Source: Candidatus Daviesbacteria bacterium (GTDB taxonomy: Bacteria > Patescibacteriota > Microgenomatia > Daviesbacterales > UBA10151). Taken from it: a stretch of 64,000 nucleotides of DNA. The stretch spans positions 34,884-98,883 of the forward strand of contig JAUYKM010000018.1 in NCBI GenBank assembly GCA_030699125.1, in the 5' to 3' direction. The position numbers and the translations under genes are program-made. The notes under the pieces were generated by a model, which saw only the letters and a program-made list of their open reading frames with translations, was not told the origin of the DNA and ran no database searches. Numbering within the stretch: position 1 is the stretch's first letter; each line of letters starts with the position of its first letter. Shown here piece after piece: positions 18,841 through 29,110 of this stretch.

Positions 18841-20112
18841 TTACTTTGGCTTTTCACCAGATTTATCAGCTTTTTCTATATCTTTTTCCGCATCCTTCGC
18901 TGCTTTTGGATCATCAACCTTTGGTTCTTCTTCCAATTCTCCGCCTTTGGATTCATCCTGCATAGCTTCCGTTATGTTCTCTTCCACAGCTTCAACTGCA
19001 GCTTCACCAGCAGTTTTTGAAGGGTCTGTTGCTTCTGTTTCAGCTTTTTCTTTTCCTTCTTCTGGGGTTTCAGCAGGAACCTCTTCAGTTTTTTTCTCAG
19101 CTTTTTTCTCTTCCCTCTTAACGCTTTCCGTTTCACTCTCTAGTTTCGGTTCCCCTGAACCTACAATATCTATCTTCCAACCAGTTAGCTTGGCAGCCAG
19201 TCTGACATTTTGTCCTTTTTTACCAATTGCCAAAGATAGTTGATCTTCAGGCACTGTTACTGTGGCTACCTGATCTTCTTTATTTAAACTAACAATTATA
19301 TCTTTGGCAGGAGATAAGGCGGCAGCTATGAACCTGGCAGGATCCTCGGAATATGAAATAATGTCAATCTTTTCTTCTCCCAACTCACTCATCACAGCTT
19401 GAACTCTCACTCCTTTTTGTCCCACCAAAGAACCCACCGGATCAACTCCTTCCTGGCTGGATTTGGCAGCAATCTTGGATCTGGATCCTGCCTCTCTGGC
19501 AACCACCTTAATTTCCACAGCACCGGATTGGATCTCCGGTACTTCCAGAGCAAATAGTGCTTTAACTAACTCCGGATCAGACCGGGAAACCACTACCTCT
19601 GAGCCTCTACCACCTTCTCTAATTTCCTTAATTAAAAATTTCAATCTTTGATTTTGATGATAAATCTCTGAATGAACTTGTTCGGAGGGAGGGAAAACCC
19701 CTTCTGCTCTGCCTAAATCTATAAAAAAAGTGTTACCTTCCTGCCTTTGAATACTTCCGGAGATCACTGTGCTTACTTTATTAGAATATTCTGATAAAAT
19801 GGCATCCCGCTCAGCCTCATTAAGACGCTGCATGATCACCTGTTTGGCAATCGCGGCAGCAATTCTGGCAAAACCGGGGGGAGTAACATTTTTATCTTTG
19901 TTTAAGATGGAGATTTCCCCTGTGGCAGGATTAACTTCGGAGGTGAATCCCTCAAAATCTTCAGGAACCTCTTCGTTTCGAAGCATTAAATCTTTTTTAT
20001 AGGCGGCTAAAGCAGCTTGTCTGATGGCATCCAAAACCACAGAAACATCTACCCCTTTTTCAGAGGCTATTTGATTTAGCGCAGCTGCAAATTCTGTTCG
20101 TGCTTGAGCCAT
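18841..20112 (-). CDS. nusA: Transcription termination factor NusA with acidic C-terminal tail
   Basis: LEVPEI, AREAGSRSKIA, DPVGSLVGQKGVRVQ, LSLAIGKKGQNVRLAAKLTGWKID; ATG 20112 (MAQART) preferred to TTG 20154. Confidence 0.96.
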   Translation of the reverse strand: MAQARTEFAAALNQIASEKGVDVSVVLDAIRQAALAAYKKDLMLRNEEVPEDFEGFTSEVNPATGEISILNKDKNVTPPGFARIAAAIAKQVIMQRLNEAERDAILSEYSNKVSTVISGSIQRQEGNTFFIDLGRAEGVFPPSEQVHSEIYHQNQRLKFLIKEIREGGRGSEVVVSRSDPELVKALFALEVPEIQSGAVEIKVVAREAGSRSKIAAKSSQEGVDPVGSLVGQKGVRVQAVMSELGEEKIDIISYSEDPARFIAAALSPAKDIIVSLNKEDQVATVTVPEDQLSLAIGKKGQNVRLAAKLTGWKIDIVGSGEPKLESETESVKREEKKAEKKTEEVPAETPEEGKEKAETEATDPSKTAGEAAVEAVEENITEAMQDESKGGELEEEPKVDDPKAAKDAEKDIEKADKSGEKPK

Positions 20113-20118
20113 AGTTTT

Positions 20119-20202
20119 AAAAAGGGCGGGCACTAGTCCCACCCTAAAGGTCAATTGGATTGTTAACCAGAGATATATTAACTTTTTGCCTTCTTAAAGT
20201 CA
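20119..20202 (-). promoter_or_regulatory. nusA promoter plus leader terminator-like hairpin
   Basis: TTGACT-17-TAATAT, then AGGGTGGG-ACTAGTG-CCCGCCCT-TTTT just before the ATG. Confidence 0.7.
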
Positions 20203-20238
20203 AGCTCAAGCTACTAATGTGTTAAGCTTAAAGAAGAT

Positions 20239-20688
20239 ATGTTATATGAATTAAAAATATTTATAATCCATGAACTGATCCATATTTTATTGGGGTTAAT
20301 TCTTTTTCTTAGTCTTTCCAGGATTATCAAAAAATATAGACTTCTTTTTTGGGCATTTTTAGTATCAATCTTTCTAGATATTGACCATTTATTTGATTAT
20401 TTTATAGCCTTGGGAGCTAAACTGGATATCAATGCTATGGTCACCGGGAGTTATTTTGATACAAATACTCATACCTATATTCCACTGCACTCCTGGGAAC
20501 TAGCTGTCATTATGATTATTTTAGGTTGGATCAAAAGAAGAAAAAATGTGGGTAAGTTTTTGATTGCCACAGGAGTGGGGATATTTACTCATCTTTTAGT
20601 TGATCAGACCTGGTATCAGCCGATCTGGAATGTTTACTTTCTCATATCCAGATTTGCCCACAACTTTATACCATCATATCTTTGGTAA
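20239..20688 (+). CDS. Membrane-bound metal-dependent hydrolase-like protein (YdjM-like)
   Basis: HELIH, DIDH, PLHSWE, THLLVD in hydrophobic helices. Confidence 0.7.
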   Translation: MLYELKIFIIHELIHILLGLILFLSLSRIIKKYRLLFWAFLVSIFLDIDHLFDYFIALGAKLDINAMVTGSYFDTNTHTYIPLHSWELAVIMIILGWIKRRKNVGKFLIATGVGIFTHLLVDQTWYQPIWNVYFLISRFAHNFIPSYLW

Positions 20689-20691
20689 TCC

Positions 20692-21657
20692 CTAAAACCA
20701 ACCTTTTTTCTTATCCGAAGGAGAGCTACGCTCATTTCCCAGCTTATAGAGTTCCTCATATAATTGTTTTTCCTGCTTGGAGGGATTTTTGGGTACATTT
20801 AAGTTTACCCTGACATAGTGATCACCGTAACCATGACTTCCCAATCTGGGGACTCCTTTACCTTTTAGTTTTACCAGAGATCCAGGCTGGGTGCCTGGAG
20901 GAACCTTAACCTTAACTTTTCCCTGTACTGTTTCTACCTCAAACACATCCCCTAAAACCAGTTGGGGGATATTTATAGTAATCTCGGAAAATATATCTGC
21001 CCCTTCCCTTAAGAATTCCGGATTTCTATCCACTCTGAAGACAATATCCAGATCACCAAATCTGATTTTAGTGCCATTATCTACTCCAGCTGGAACCTTT
21101 ATCCTCATTCTTTTTCTTTCCAGCCTTCCTTGAGCATTTCTTGTTTCCGTCTCAATATCTTTAGTCACTCCTTTAATGGCCTCATCAAAAGATACACTCA
21201 TCTGATAAGTAGGTCTTCTTCTCATGGCAGCTCCAAACCCTCCGCCAAAGATTTGTTCAAAAAGCTCAAACGGATCTTCAAATCCGCCAAAGTCAAACTG
21301 AATATTGGGATTACCACCTCCCGAGGATGACCAGGAATATTGCTGCCAGTCGCCGCCAAAGGGATTACCTCCACCCTGAGCACCGCCGAAGGGTCCGCCT
21401 GCCCCAGCTCCCCCGTATCCTCCGGCACCCCGGTCAAAAGCAGCATGACCAAATTGATCATAAGCTCCTTTTTTCTGGGGATCAGATAAAACCTGATAAG
21501 CCTCGCCAATCTCTTTAAATCTGCCTTCAGCCCCGGCAGTTTTATCTACATCAGGATGATGCTTTCTGGCCATCTTTCTATAAGCAGATTTAATCTCCTC
21601 AGCTGAGGCAGATTTAGAAACTCCAAGTATTTCGTAGTAGTCACGTTTAGTAGCCAT
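20692..21657 (-). CDS. dnaJ: DnaJ-class chaperone lacking the zinc finger (type II, CbpA-like)
   Basis: [11 protein letters not shown] motif, G/F-rich region, C-terminal domain, no CxxCxGxG repeats. Confidence 0.93.
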   Translation of the reverse strand: MATKRDYYEILGVSKSASAEEIKSAYRKMARKHHPDVDKTAGAEGRFKEIGEAYQVLSDPQKKGAYDQFGHAAFDRGAGGYGGAGAGGPFGGAQGGGNPFGGDWQQYSWSSSGGGNPNIQFDFGGFEDPFELFEQIFGGGFGAAMRRRPTYQMSVSFDEAIKGVTKDIETETRNAQGRLERKRMRIKVPAGVDNGTKIRFGDLDIVFRVDRNPEFLREGADIFSEITINIPQLVLGDVFEVETVQGKVKVKVPPGTQPGSLVKLKGKGVPRLGSHGYGDHYVRVNLNVPKNPSKQEKQLYEELYKLGNERSSPSDKKKGWF

Positions 21658-21669
21658 ATTATTTATATT

Positions 21670-22068
21670 TTAAGATCTGGCGGGGGATTTTTGTTCCACT
21701 TTAGAAACACCTAAATTAGCGGAGGTGATCTCTTTTTTTCCTTCAGAAAAAGTGGCTTTATATATTCCAAACTGTTTAAATGGCAATCCCCCAAACTCAA
21801 TTAAAATATTGGCTCTGCCCCCGCGACCAATGGTAATATTAAAATCCCTCTCAAATACTACATTATCTCCTTTTTCGTGAGCCAATTTTACCCCAATAGT
21901 GACATTGGTATTAGCTTCACCCTCAAAGGAGGCCACCAGGAAACCTTTTTGTAAAATAGGACTATCATTTGAAGAATGGAAATGGTCAAATTCACCCAAG
22001 ATTGACAATTTGCCATCAGAGGAAGTCAGAGCATAATCACAGAAAAGGGCAAATCTGCCTTTAATCAT
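21670..22068 (-). CDS. DUF6941-like protein
   Basis: [22 protein letters not shown]...LPFKQFGIY; overlaps the dnaK stop. Confidence 0.7.
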   Translation of the reverse strand: MIKGRFALFCDYALTSSDGKLSILGEFDHFHSSNDSPILQKGFLVASFEGEANTNVTIGVKLAHEKGDNVVFERDFNITIGRGGRANILIEFGGLPFKQFGIYKATFSEGKKEITSANLGVSKVEQKSPARS

Positions 22069-23998
22069 TCTTTTTCTCTTCCTCTACTACTTCACCTTCC
22101 ACAGTCTCTTCAGTCTTAGGAGCTTCACCAGTTGATTCTTCAGTCTTTGCTTCTTCCTTACCTGCTGTACCCTGTCCACTGTCACCTGTACCCTTTTGTT
22201 CATACATGGCTGATCCTACTTTCTGCAACACTTCTCCTAAGGCATCACCTTTTTTCTTAATATCATCTGTGTCCTCACCTTTCAAAGCCTCTTTTAACTC
22301 ATTTAATTTCTGTTCAACCTCTGTTCTAACATCCTGAGACACCTTATCCCCTTGCTCTTTTAAAGTTTTTTCTGTCTGATAAACCAATCCGTCAGCAATA
22401 TTTCTGATCTCAATCCCCTCTTTTTTCTTTTTATCTTCCTCGGCATGGGCTTCAGCCTCTTTAGTCATCCTTTCCACTTCAGACTTATCTAAGCCTGTGG
22501 AACCAGTGATGGTAATTTTTTGCTCCTTGCCGGTAGCTTTATCTTTGGCAGAAACATTTAAAATACCGTTAGCATCAATATCAAAAGTAACTTCAACTTG
22601 TGGAACTCCACGAGGAGCCGGTGGAATACCATCCAAAATAAAGCGGCCCAAAGATTTATTATCTGCAGCCATTTCCCTTTCACCTTGCAAAACATTAATC
22701 TCAACTGATGTCTGATTATCAGCAGCGGTGGAGAAAACTTCTGATTTGGAGGAAGGAATAGTGGTATTTCTATTTATTAAGGAGGTGCGGACTCCACCCA
22801 AAGTTTCAATTCCCAAGGTCAAGGGTGTCACATCAAGTAAAAGCACATCTTTAACTTCCCCACCCAATACCCCTCCCTGAATAGCCGCACCAACAGCCAC
22901 CACTTCATCAGGATTAATGCCTTTGTGCGGTTCTTTGCCAAAAAACTCCTGGACCGACTTTTGTACGGCAGGCATTCTGGTCATGCCTCCCACCAAAACT
23001 ACTTCATCAATTCCGCCAGCTGGCGGATTTTCGTTCATCTTGGCATCCTTAAGACAACTCTTTACTGCCTCAAAGGATTTATCAATTAAAGGTTTAACCA
23101 TGGCCTCAAGCTTAGCCCTGGATAATTTCATCTCCAAGTGCTTGGGACCAGAATCTGTGGCTGTGACAAAAGGAATGGAAATCTCTGCCTCCATGGAGGA
23201 AGAAAGCTCAATCTTGGCTTTTTCCGCTGCATCACGTAATCGTTGCAAAGCTTGTTTGTCACCTTTTAGATCAATTCCCTCAAGTTTCTTAAACTCCTCT
23301 GCTAAATAATCTAAAATTACCTGGTCAAAATCATCTCCACCTAAGTGTGTATCACCATTAGTGGATTTAACCTCAAAAACTCCCTCACCCAGTTCCAAAA
23401 CAGAGATATCAAAAGTGCCTCCACCCAGATCGTAAACAGCAATGGTGTGAGCGTGTGATTTATCCAAGCCATAGGCCAGGGCTGCCGCAGTGGGTTCATT
23501 AATAATTCTTTGCACATTAAGTCCGGCAATTTCCCCGGCTTGTTTGGTGGCTTGCCTTTGGGCATCATCAAAATAGGCAGGAACAGTAATCACAGCATCA
23601 GTTACTTTTTCACCTAAATAGGATTCAGCATCAGCTTTAATTTTTTGCAGGATTTGAGCAGAAATTTCTTGAGGAGTATATTCATGGCCTTCCACTTCCA
23701 CCACAGCCATACCATTTTTACCGGACTTGATAGTATAAGGAAGCCATTTCATGTCCCTTTGGACCTCAGGATCATTAAATTTTCTTCCCATCAGTCTTTT
23801 GATAGAAAAAATGGTTTCTTTGGGATTTACCACAGCTTGGCGTTTGGCCACTCTGCCCACAATATTTTTGACAGGATTAACAACAGAGGGGATGATATTT
23901 TCCCCCTCAGCTGAGTGGATAACTTTGGGCTTTCCACCCTCCATTACCGCCACAGCAGAATTTGTTGTTCCTAAATCAATTCCTACAATTTTAGTCAT
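22061..23998 (-). CDS. dnaK: Chaperone DnaK
   Basis: [47 protein letters not shown]. Confidence 0.99.
   Translation of the reverse strand: MTKIVGIDLGTTNSAVAVMEGGKPKVIHSAEGENIIPSVVNPVKNIVGRVAKRQAVVNPKETIFSIKRLMGRKFNDPEVQRDMKWLPYTIKSGKNGMAVVEVEGHEYTPQEISAQILQKIKADAESYLGEKVTDAVITVPAYFDDAQRQATKQAGEIAGLNVQRIINEPTAAALAYGLDKSHAHTIAVYDLGGGTFDISVLELGEGVFEVKSTNGDTHLGGDDFDQVILDYLAEEFKKLEGIDLKGDKQALQRLRDAAEKAKIELSSSMEAEISIPFVTATDSGPKHLEMKLSRAKLEAMVKPLIDKSFEAVKSCLKDAKMNENPPAGGIDEVVLVGGMTRMPAVQKSVQEFFGKEPHKGINPDEVVAVGAAIQGGVLGGEVKDVLLLDVTPLTLGIETLGGVRTSLINRNTTIPSSKSEVFSTAADNQTSVEINVLQGEREMAADNKSLGRFILDGIPPAPRGVPQVEVTFDIDANGILNVSAKDKATGKEQKITITGSTGLDKSEVERMTKEAEAHAEEDKKKKEGIEIRNIADGLVYQTEKTLKEQGDKVSQDVRTEVEQKLNELKEALKGEDTDDIKKKGDALGEVLQKVGSAMYEQKGTGDSGQGTAGKEEAKTEESTGEAPKTEETVEGEVVEEEKKND
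23012..23027. repeat. Perfect 16-bp palindrome TCCGCCAGCTGGCGGA in-frame in dnaK (NPPAGG)
   Basis: Identical copy at 35190-35205; compensated variant at 37677-37694. Confidence 0.85.
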
Positions 23999-24016
23999 AT
24001 TATTAAATTCCTTTCA

Positions 24017-24235
24017 TTATCCATCAGTCCAAAGAGCTAATGATCTTCTGCTTTTGTTAATTCTTAAGATTGACGTGCTTGAGGGATATCGTAAAAATCC
24101 AACTAATGACATTACTCCTCCACCAACACCAAACAAAACTGGATCCCATGATTTTGGACCCCTAATTCTCAATTCCATATCTCTCTTCCAACCTCCAGTT
24201 ATATTACTAAATCTTCTTTCTTTACTTTCTATCAT
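24017..24235 (-). CDS. 72-aa hypothetical protein inside the heat-shock operon
   Basis: AAGGAG SD 7 nt before the ATG; fills the grpE-dnaK gap; no recognised motif. Confidence 0.5.
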   Translation of the reverse strand: MIESKERRFSNITGGWKRDMELRIRGPKSWDPVLFGVGGGVMSLVGFLRYPSSTSILRINKSRRSLALWTDG

Positions 24236-24254
24236 ATTTTTCTCCTTTTTTACT

Positions 24255-24392
24255 TGTCATTCTGAACGTAGTGAAGAATCTCTCAGTTTATCTGAGGAAC
24301 CTTGCATTCGCAAGAGATCCTTCGTTTCACTCAGGATGACATTTCTCCTTCCCCAGATCCTTCGTCGCTGGATTGCTCCTCAGGATGATTAT
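24255..24392. repeat. REP-like bipartite element GTCATTCTGAACGTAGTGAAGAATCTC...GAGATCCTTCGTTTCACTCAGGATGAC plus a second degenerate arm
   Basis: Inverted arms at about 24256-24283 and 24314-24341; extra arm AGATCCTTCGTCGC...CCTCAGGATGAT at about 24355-24389; overlaps the grpE 3' end. Confidence 0.8.
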
Positions 24393-24888
24393 CTTGCTTC
24401 CGCCCGACAATCACTTGCGCTGGTCTTAAAACTTTTCCATTTAAATTATACCCTTTTCTAACAACTTCCAAAATACTATTCTCACCCTTGCCCGCCGAAG
24501 CTTCAGCGGAGGAGGGTTCACGAGTATCAACTGCCTCATGAAGGCTTGGATCAAATTGTCCCTCTTCCGGTATTTCATCCAACCCTTCCTGAGCTAAAAC
24601 CTGTTTAAATTCCTTGACTGCCAACTCTACTCCTTTAAACCAACCTGACTCCTTCTCCTGTTCACTTGTTCCACCCAAGGCTTGTTCTAAGTGATCCAGA
24701 GTTGGTATTAGCTTCCTTAACAATTCTGCCCCAACGTAGGCAACCATCTCTGAACGGCCTTCAGAAATTCTTCTCTCCAGATTCTGATAATCAGCTACTG
24801 CTCTTTTGAGCTGATTTTCCAAATCAGTTACTCTGGTTTGTAATTGTTCCAATTCCTCGTTTTTTTTATTATCTTGTTTCTTAGACAT
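24331..24888 (-). CDS. grpE: Nucleotide exchange factor GrpE
   Basis: RAVADYQNLERR, FDPSLHEAV, KGYNLNGKVLRPAQVIV; ATG 24888 (MSKKQD) preferred. Confidence 0.95.
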   Translation of the reverse strand: MSKKQDNKKNEELEQLQTRVTDLENQLKRAVADYQNLERRISEGRSEMVAYVGAELLRKLIPTLDHLEQALGGTSEQEKESGWFKGVELAVKEFKQVLAQEGLDEIPEEGQFDPSLHEAVDTREPSSAEASAGKGENSILEVVRKGYNLNGKVLRPAQVIVGRKQDNHPEEQSSDEGSGEGEMSS

Positions 24889-24896
24889 AATGATTT

Positions 24897-24975
24897 GTAA
24901 CAAGTACAGTAAAGGTAACAAGGCACAAGTTATTTGTATTTTAACTTGTCACTTGTCACTTGTTACTAGTTACTT
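24897..24975. repeat. Inverted heptamer array (GTAACAA / ACTTGTC) between hrcA and grpE
   Basis: GTAACAAGGCACAAGTTA versus TAACTTG-TCACTTG-TCACTTG-TTACTAG-TTACTTC. Confidence 0.7.
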
Positions 24976-24976
24976 C

Positions 24977-25723
24977 TCATACCCTTCCTGCTTCACAAAC
25001 TAAATTTCTGACATATTTGACATAAGGCAACACAAGCGAAAAATTCATCCTGGCAGGACCGATTACTCCAATCACCCCGCCTTTTCCGGGAATGGCCGGA
25101 TTTATAGGTACAAACTCATACCTGGTAAAAACAAATCCTGTAGGAACCAAATCCTCATAGCCTAACTCTTCTCCAAAAAGAATATGGATTGGATCTGCTC
25201 CTTGAGCTTTGCCAATAATCTCGACTAACCTGGGGTTCTCATCAAATAAAGATAAAACCATTCTGGCTACATCAATATCATAAAATTCCGGCCAGTCCAA
25301 AATATTGGCTGCCCCGGCATAATATACCTGCCCTTCATCATCCCGGGCCAAACCTAATATTCCTAAGCGATTTGCCAAAGCTGAAACTGCCTCTTTTAAT
25401 AATTTTTCTTCTTGAGCTTTCTGCTGCCATAATTTCTCTTTGATCGAAACTTCGGCAGTTATCGGCAATTCCTTCTCTTTCATCAGTTCCGAGATATAAA
25501 GTCTCATTCCCATAGAAGTAGGCGTTCTGCCGGCTGAAGTATGCGGCTGTCTCAGATAGCCTCCTTCAGTCAGCTTTCCCATTTCAATTCTGATGGTGGC
25601 AGGGGAAACCCCCAGATCATACTTCCTTTCTATTATCTCTGAACCTACCGGTTCAGCTGATTCGATATATTCCTCAATAATTGCTTTTAAAAGTGCCTTT
25701 TGTCTATCGGTTAAATCAGACAT
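24977..25723 (-). CDS. hrcA: Heat-inducible repressor HrcA (short form)
   Basis: LTDRQKALLKAIIEEYIESAEPVGS, SPATIR, QPHTSAGRTPT, GVIGPARM; ATG 25723 preferred. Confidence 0.95.
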   Translation of the reverse strand: MSDLTDRQKALLKAIIEEYIESAEPVGSEIIERKYDLGVSPATIRIEMGKLTEGGYLRQPHTSAGRTPTSMGMRLYISELMKEKELPITAEVSIKEKLWQQKAQEEKLLKEAVSALANRLGILGLARDDEGQVYYAGAANILDWPEFYDIDVARMVLSLFDENPRLVEIIGKAQGADPIHILFGEELGYEDLVPTGFVFTRYEFVPINPAIPGKGGVIGVIGPARMNFSLVLPYVKYVRNLVCEAGRV

Positions 25724-25725
25724 AG

Positions 25726-25762
25726 TTAGCAGTAATATACACCGAGTGCTAATATTTGTCAA
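25726..25762 (-). promoter_or_regulatory. CIRCE operator overlapping the hrcA promoter
   Basis: TTAGCACTC-N9-TACTGCTAA (25726-25752); TTGACA-17-TATATT. Confidence 0.88.
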
Positions 25763-25791
25763 GATAGTGTCTTTAGTAGTACCATTCCTGT

Positions 25792-26487
25792 ATGAAGATA
25801 CTCTTATTTGGTAACGATGCAAAAGATATAGAAGGATTGGTAAAAAAATTGGGCTTTGAGATAGTAAGCTCCAACCCGGATGTAATTATAAGCTATGGGG
25901 GAGATGGTACCCTTCTTTCCTCAGAAAGAGAATATCCAGGTATTCCCAAACTACCCATCAGAAATTCCCAGTTTTGCAATAAATGTGCTGAGCATGCAGA
26001 TGAACATTTGCTTTCACAATTTTTAGAAGATAAACCACAATTCAGAGAATATAAAAAGCTTCATACTAATATTGAAGGTAAAGATTTATACGCCTTAAAT
26101 GATTTTGTAGTCAGAAATGAACTACCCATGCATGCTATTAGATTTCAGATAGATGATGGTCAACTCTTAATCGGCGATGGAATAGTTGTGGCAACTCCCT
26201 TTGGCTCAACCGGTTATTTTAAAAGTATTTCTCAAAAAACTTTTGATACTGGATTTGGCTTAGCTTTTAACAATCTAACAGAAAAAAAAGAACCTTTATT
26301 TTTACAAGATAAAGATTTACTAACCTTTAAATTAGTTAGAGGTAAGGCTACCTTATCTTTTGATAATAGTGCTGATATTTTTACAATCGACGAGGGCTCT
26401 GAACTTGTGTTTAAATTATCAGACCATCTTGCCAAAATCTATGAACCCACCTCTTTGCGCTGCCCTAACTGCAAGGTCCAAAGATAG
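25792..26487 (+). CDS. ppnK: NAD kinase
   Basis: GGDGT, LND, GDGIVVATPFGSTGY. Confidence 0.88.
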   Translation: MKILLFGNDAKDIEGLVKKLGFEIVSSNPDVIISYGGDGTLLSSEREYPGIPKLPIRNSQFCNKCAEHADEHLLSQFLEDKPQFREYKKLHTNIEGKDLYALNDFVVRNELPMHAIRFQIDDGQLLIGDGIVVATPFGSTGYFKSISQKTFDTGFGLAFNNLTEKKEPLFLQDKDLLTFKLVRGKATLSFDNSADIFTIDEGSELVFKLSDHLAKIYEPTSLRCPNCKVQR

Positions 26488-26489
26488 CT

Positions 26490-26529
26490 TTACACACCAG
26501 GGGTGTAATAGATTTACACCTAAGGATTT
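26490..26529. repeat. ACACC..GGGGTGT REP-like element between convergent genes
   Basis: TTACAC-ACCAGGG-GTGTAA hairpin; aligns with 30308-30346 inside lepA. Confidence 0.6.
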
Positions 26530-27476
26530 ACAGCCGGTTCTAGAAAATTTAATTCCTTTTTAGAAGTATCAAAGGAGATTTTAATGCCTATTGGCATGGG
26601 GATATTCACAGTAAAGTGCCCAAAATCTAAATTAGCCATAATTGGAAATTTATAATCCTTTAGAATATCCAAAATCATCTCTTTGGTAGGAGGTTCAACT
26701 ACTTCCTTATCCCTTATTGGTTTTATATACTTTATTTTTCCTATTAACATCCCAGAAATTTTATCTAAAATTCCTGCATATTTTAGCTGGTAAAGATAAC
26801 GCGCTATGTTATATCTTTCCTCTCCCACCTCTTCCCAAAAAAGGATCGCCTCACCAAAATCATCAAGCTTTGGGAAAAATGGACTACCAATTTGGGTGGA
26901 CAATAAATGCAGTAATCCCCCCACCAAATGACCAGAGGTTCTCCCTTTTTGCCATTCCTCCCATTCACTTAGAGGCTTTATTACTCCAGGAGCTTTTGGT
27001 TTAGTCAAAAATTTTATAAAGAATTCTTTATCCAAACCAGACTCATCCTGACCAAACCCAAAAGTCACATCATCCATATGAAACCCCACCATTCCGCATT
27101 TAGCAAAGATTGCTAAATGATATGTAGTCATATCTGACATACCGATAAAGGGTTTCGGGTTATTAGTTATTAATTCGTAGTCTAAATATTCCAAAACAGA
27201 AATAGCGGAATACCCACCTGTCTGGGCCATGATGGCTTTGATACTTTTATCTGCAAACATGGAGTTAATATCATCAGCCACCTCTTTTGGTGTCCCTGCT
27301 GCCCACCATCTAACTTTCCCAATGGTTTTTCCCTCTTTAATCTTAAATCCCATTTCTGTAAGAATCTTTTTTCCTCTTTCGTAGTTTTCTCTGAAGGATG
27401 GGAAGACAGGTAAAGAAGGCGCCACGATTCCAATAGTATCCCCTTTATTGAGTTTTGGAGGTTTGATCACTTTCAT
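26520..27476 (-). CDS. LD-carboxypeptidase (peptidase S66, MccF/LdcA-like)
   Basis: GDTIGIVAPS, GGY, FIGMSD (Ser), FWEE (Glu), DFGH (His). Confidence 0.92.
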   Translation of the reverse strand: MKVIKPPKLNKGDTIGIVAPSLPVFPSFRENYERGKKILTEMGFKIKEGKTIGKVRWWAAGTPKEVADDINSMFADKSIKAIMAQTGGYSAISVLEYLDYELITNNPKPFIGMSDMTTYHLAIFAKCGMVGFHMDDVTFGFGQDESGLDKEFFIKFLTKPKAPGVIKPLSEWEEWQKGRTSGHLVGGLLHLLSTQIGSPFFPKLDDFGEAILFWEEVGEERYNIARYLYQLKYAGILDKISGMLIGKIKYIKPIRDKEVVEPPTKEMILDILKDYKFPIMANLDFGHFTVNIPMPIGIKISFDTSKKELNFLEPAVNP

Positions 27477-27498
27477 TAACGAAGAATATCATATTTTA

Positions 27499-27532
27499 AA
27501 AAATCTCGCCCCAAATTGTGAGCGAGATTTTT
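27499..27532. terminator. Intrinsic terminator (bidirectional type)
   Basis: AAAAATCTCGC-N12-GCGAGATTTTT downstream of the DUF378 gene. Confidence 0.7.
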
Positions 27533-27553
27533 AATTCCTAAAATCTAGGAAAA

Positions 27554-27763
27554 TTATGACTTAGAACTACACATCTTGCAATCATTCATGTGAGTAGCTC
27601 CAATATAGACTGCTGATACCCCAACCAAGATATAAACTATATTACTAAGGCCCATTCCACCAAAAATAGTTTCCACCAAATTCATATTAAATAGTGCCCC
27701 CAATCCCCAATTCAAACCACCAACTACAAGTAAGCTAAAGGCTACTATATGAAGTATTTTCAT
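27554..27763 (-). CDS. DUF378 family membrane protein
   Basis: LLVVGGLNWGL...NLVETIFG...IVYILVG; strong SD GGAGGTG. Confidence 0.88.
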   Translation of the reverse strand: MKILHIVAFSLLVVGGLNWGLGALFNMNLVETIFGGMGLSNIVYILVGVSAVYIGATHMNDCKMCSSKS

Positions 27764-27861
27764 TTATTTATCACCTCCCTTTTTATCTCGCCATAGTTTC
27801 ATGCAAAGGCGGATATACCCAGTGTAAGCATAAATTAAATCTTTAATCAAGTGGAATACAC

Positions 27862-29064
27862 CTATTTGCGGATAAACAATAGCGCATTGGGGATATTGCG
27901 GCCTGGTCCTACTTTATAACCACCGTGCCACAAAGCTGTGGAACCTCCTGAATCTAAATTAAGGGCATTATGCATGCCCATAGCTTGTAAAACCCTGGCT
28001 ACCTCAGCTACTGTGGCATTATGCACCACCCCAATAAAAACTGTGGAATCACGATTACCCACAAAAGAGCGGGAACCTCTAGAGCCCTGTTTAGGATCAG
28101 AATTCCCCCCAAATACCACATTTGATCCGGCCACCAAAAGCGGGTGATTGGCCAAAACTGCATCAACTCCGGTATCCCGACCCCATTCTAAAGATTGTCC
28201 CACAAATCTTGCTAATGAGCCGGAAAAAATTACTGCCGGTACGCTGGAGTAAACATTATTATCAGAATTGATATAAACTTTATTTTTATTCATGGCCAAA
28301 GTATCATAGGCATTAGCTTTTCCAGCGCAGGATGGATATTCAGCCGGACAAAAATAGGATCCATTTACCCCGGCAAAAGCCCCGGATCTGGAAATATAGG
28401 TGGCTAAAGGTAGTGTGGGACAATTGTCCCGGCAATCAGCATCTGAGGCAGTATCTACAATTACCCTGGTGGAATTTAAGTCAGCGGATATTACATCTAC
28501 CAGATATTCTCCAATATCGATAGAGACTCTTTGTCTGGAATAACCGGATCCGGGAGGAGTATTGCTTTGGGTCACATTTTCAGGAATGGTAAAGGAAACT
28601 GCTGCTTTTTGGTTTTCTTGGTCAATGTTAGATGATACATCTGATAAAATTTTGCCTGCTTCTTCAAAGTTTCTATCAGATAAAAGTTTCAAAGATTTGG
28701 CAAAATCCTTTTCAAAATCTCCTTTTTTATTTTTGTCCCCACTGTAATCCAAAAGTTTTTCGTAAACTACAACGGCCTGATCATATGTTTTCTCAATACT
28801 AACAATTTCTTTTCTTAAATCCTGATTTATCTTTACCTGATCTTCATTCTTTAAATCCTCCAATTCCTTTCCAATACCCATCAGCTCATTTTTTAGTTTT
28901 GTCTCAGTACTTAGAAGCTCCGTAATTTTTAGGTTAAGAGTAAAAATATTCTGGAAATTAAAAGCAAGAAGAATAATCAGCCCTAAAAGTAAGGCAGACA
29001 GAATATACTTGTGTCTAAAAATTTTGGAAAGAATGTTGTTAAATATCCAAACCAAATGTCTCAC
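27862..29064 (-). CDS. Membrane-anchored coiled-coil protein with phosphodiester glycosidase (NAGPA-like) domain
   Basis: TM helix, coiled coil, GVNGSYF, RSFVG, ALNLDSGGST. Confidence 0.8.
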   Translation of the reverse strand: MRHLVWIFNNILSKIFRHKYILSALLLGLIILLAFNFQNIFTLNLKITELLSTETKLKNELMGIGKELEDLKNEDQVKINQDLRKEIVSIEKTYDQAVVVYEKLLDYSGDKNKKGDFEKDFAKSLKLLSDRNFEEAGKILSDVSSNIDQENQKAAVSFTIPENVTQSNTPPGSGYSRQRVSIDIGEYLVDVISADLNSTRVIVDTASDADCRDNCPTLPLATYISRSGAFAGVNGSYFCPAEYPSCAGKANAYDTLAMNKNKVYINSDNNVYSSVPAVIFSGSLARFVGQSLEWGRDTGVDAVLANHPLLVAGSNVVFGGNSDPKQGSRGSRSFVGNRDSTVFIGVVHNATVAEVARVLQAMGMHNALNLDSGGSTALWHGGYKVGPGRNIPNALLFIRK

Positions 29065-29110
29065 TCAATTATTGTAGTCATAATTGCTCCAAAGAGGCAA
29101 TTTATCAAGA

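Noticed and set aside
20715-20734. GAGCGTAGCTC..CCTTCGG motif in the dnaJ tail as another repeat insert
   Set aside because: Suggestive, but single copy here with a short stem
23751-24461. 236-aa plus-strand ORF
   Set aside because: Antisense shadow of dnaK and grpE plus translated REP sequence (CHSERSEES, RSFVSLRMT)
24977-25822. ORF-track extended starts for hrcA (25822), nusA (20154), grpE (24921), pepP (47614) and ATL (38305)
   Set aside because: Extensions overlap promoters, operators, repeats or neighbouring genes; downstream ATGs match family N-termini
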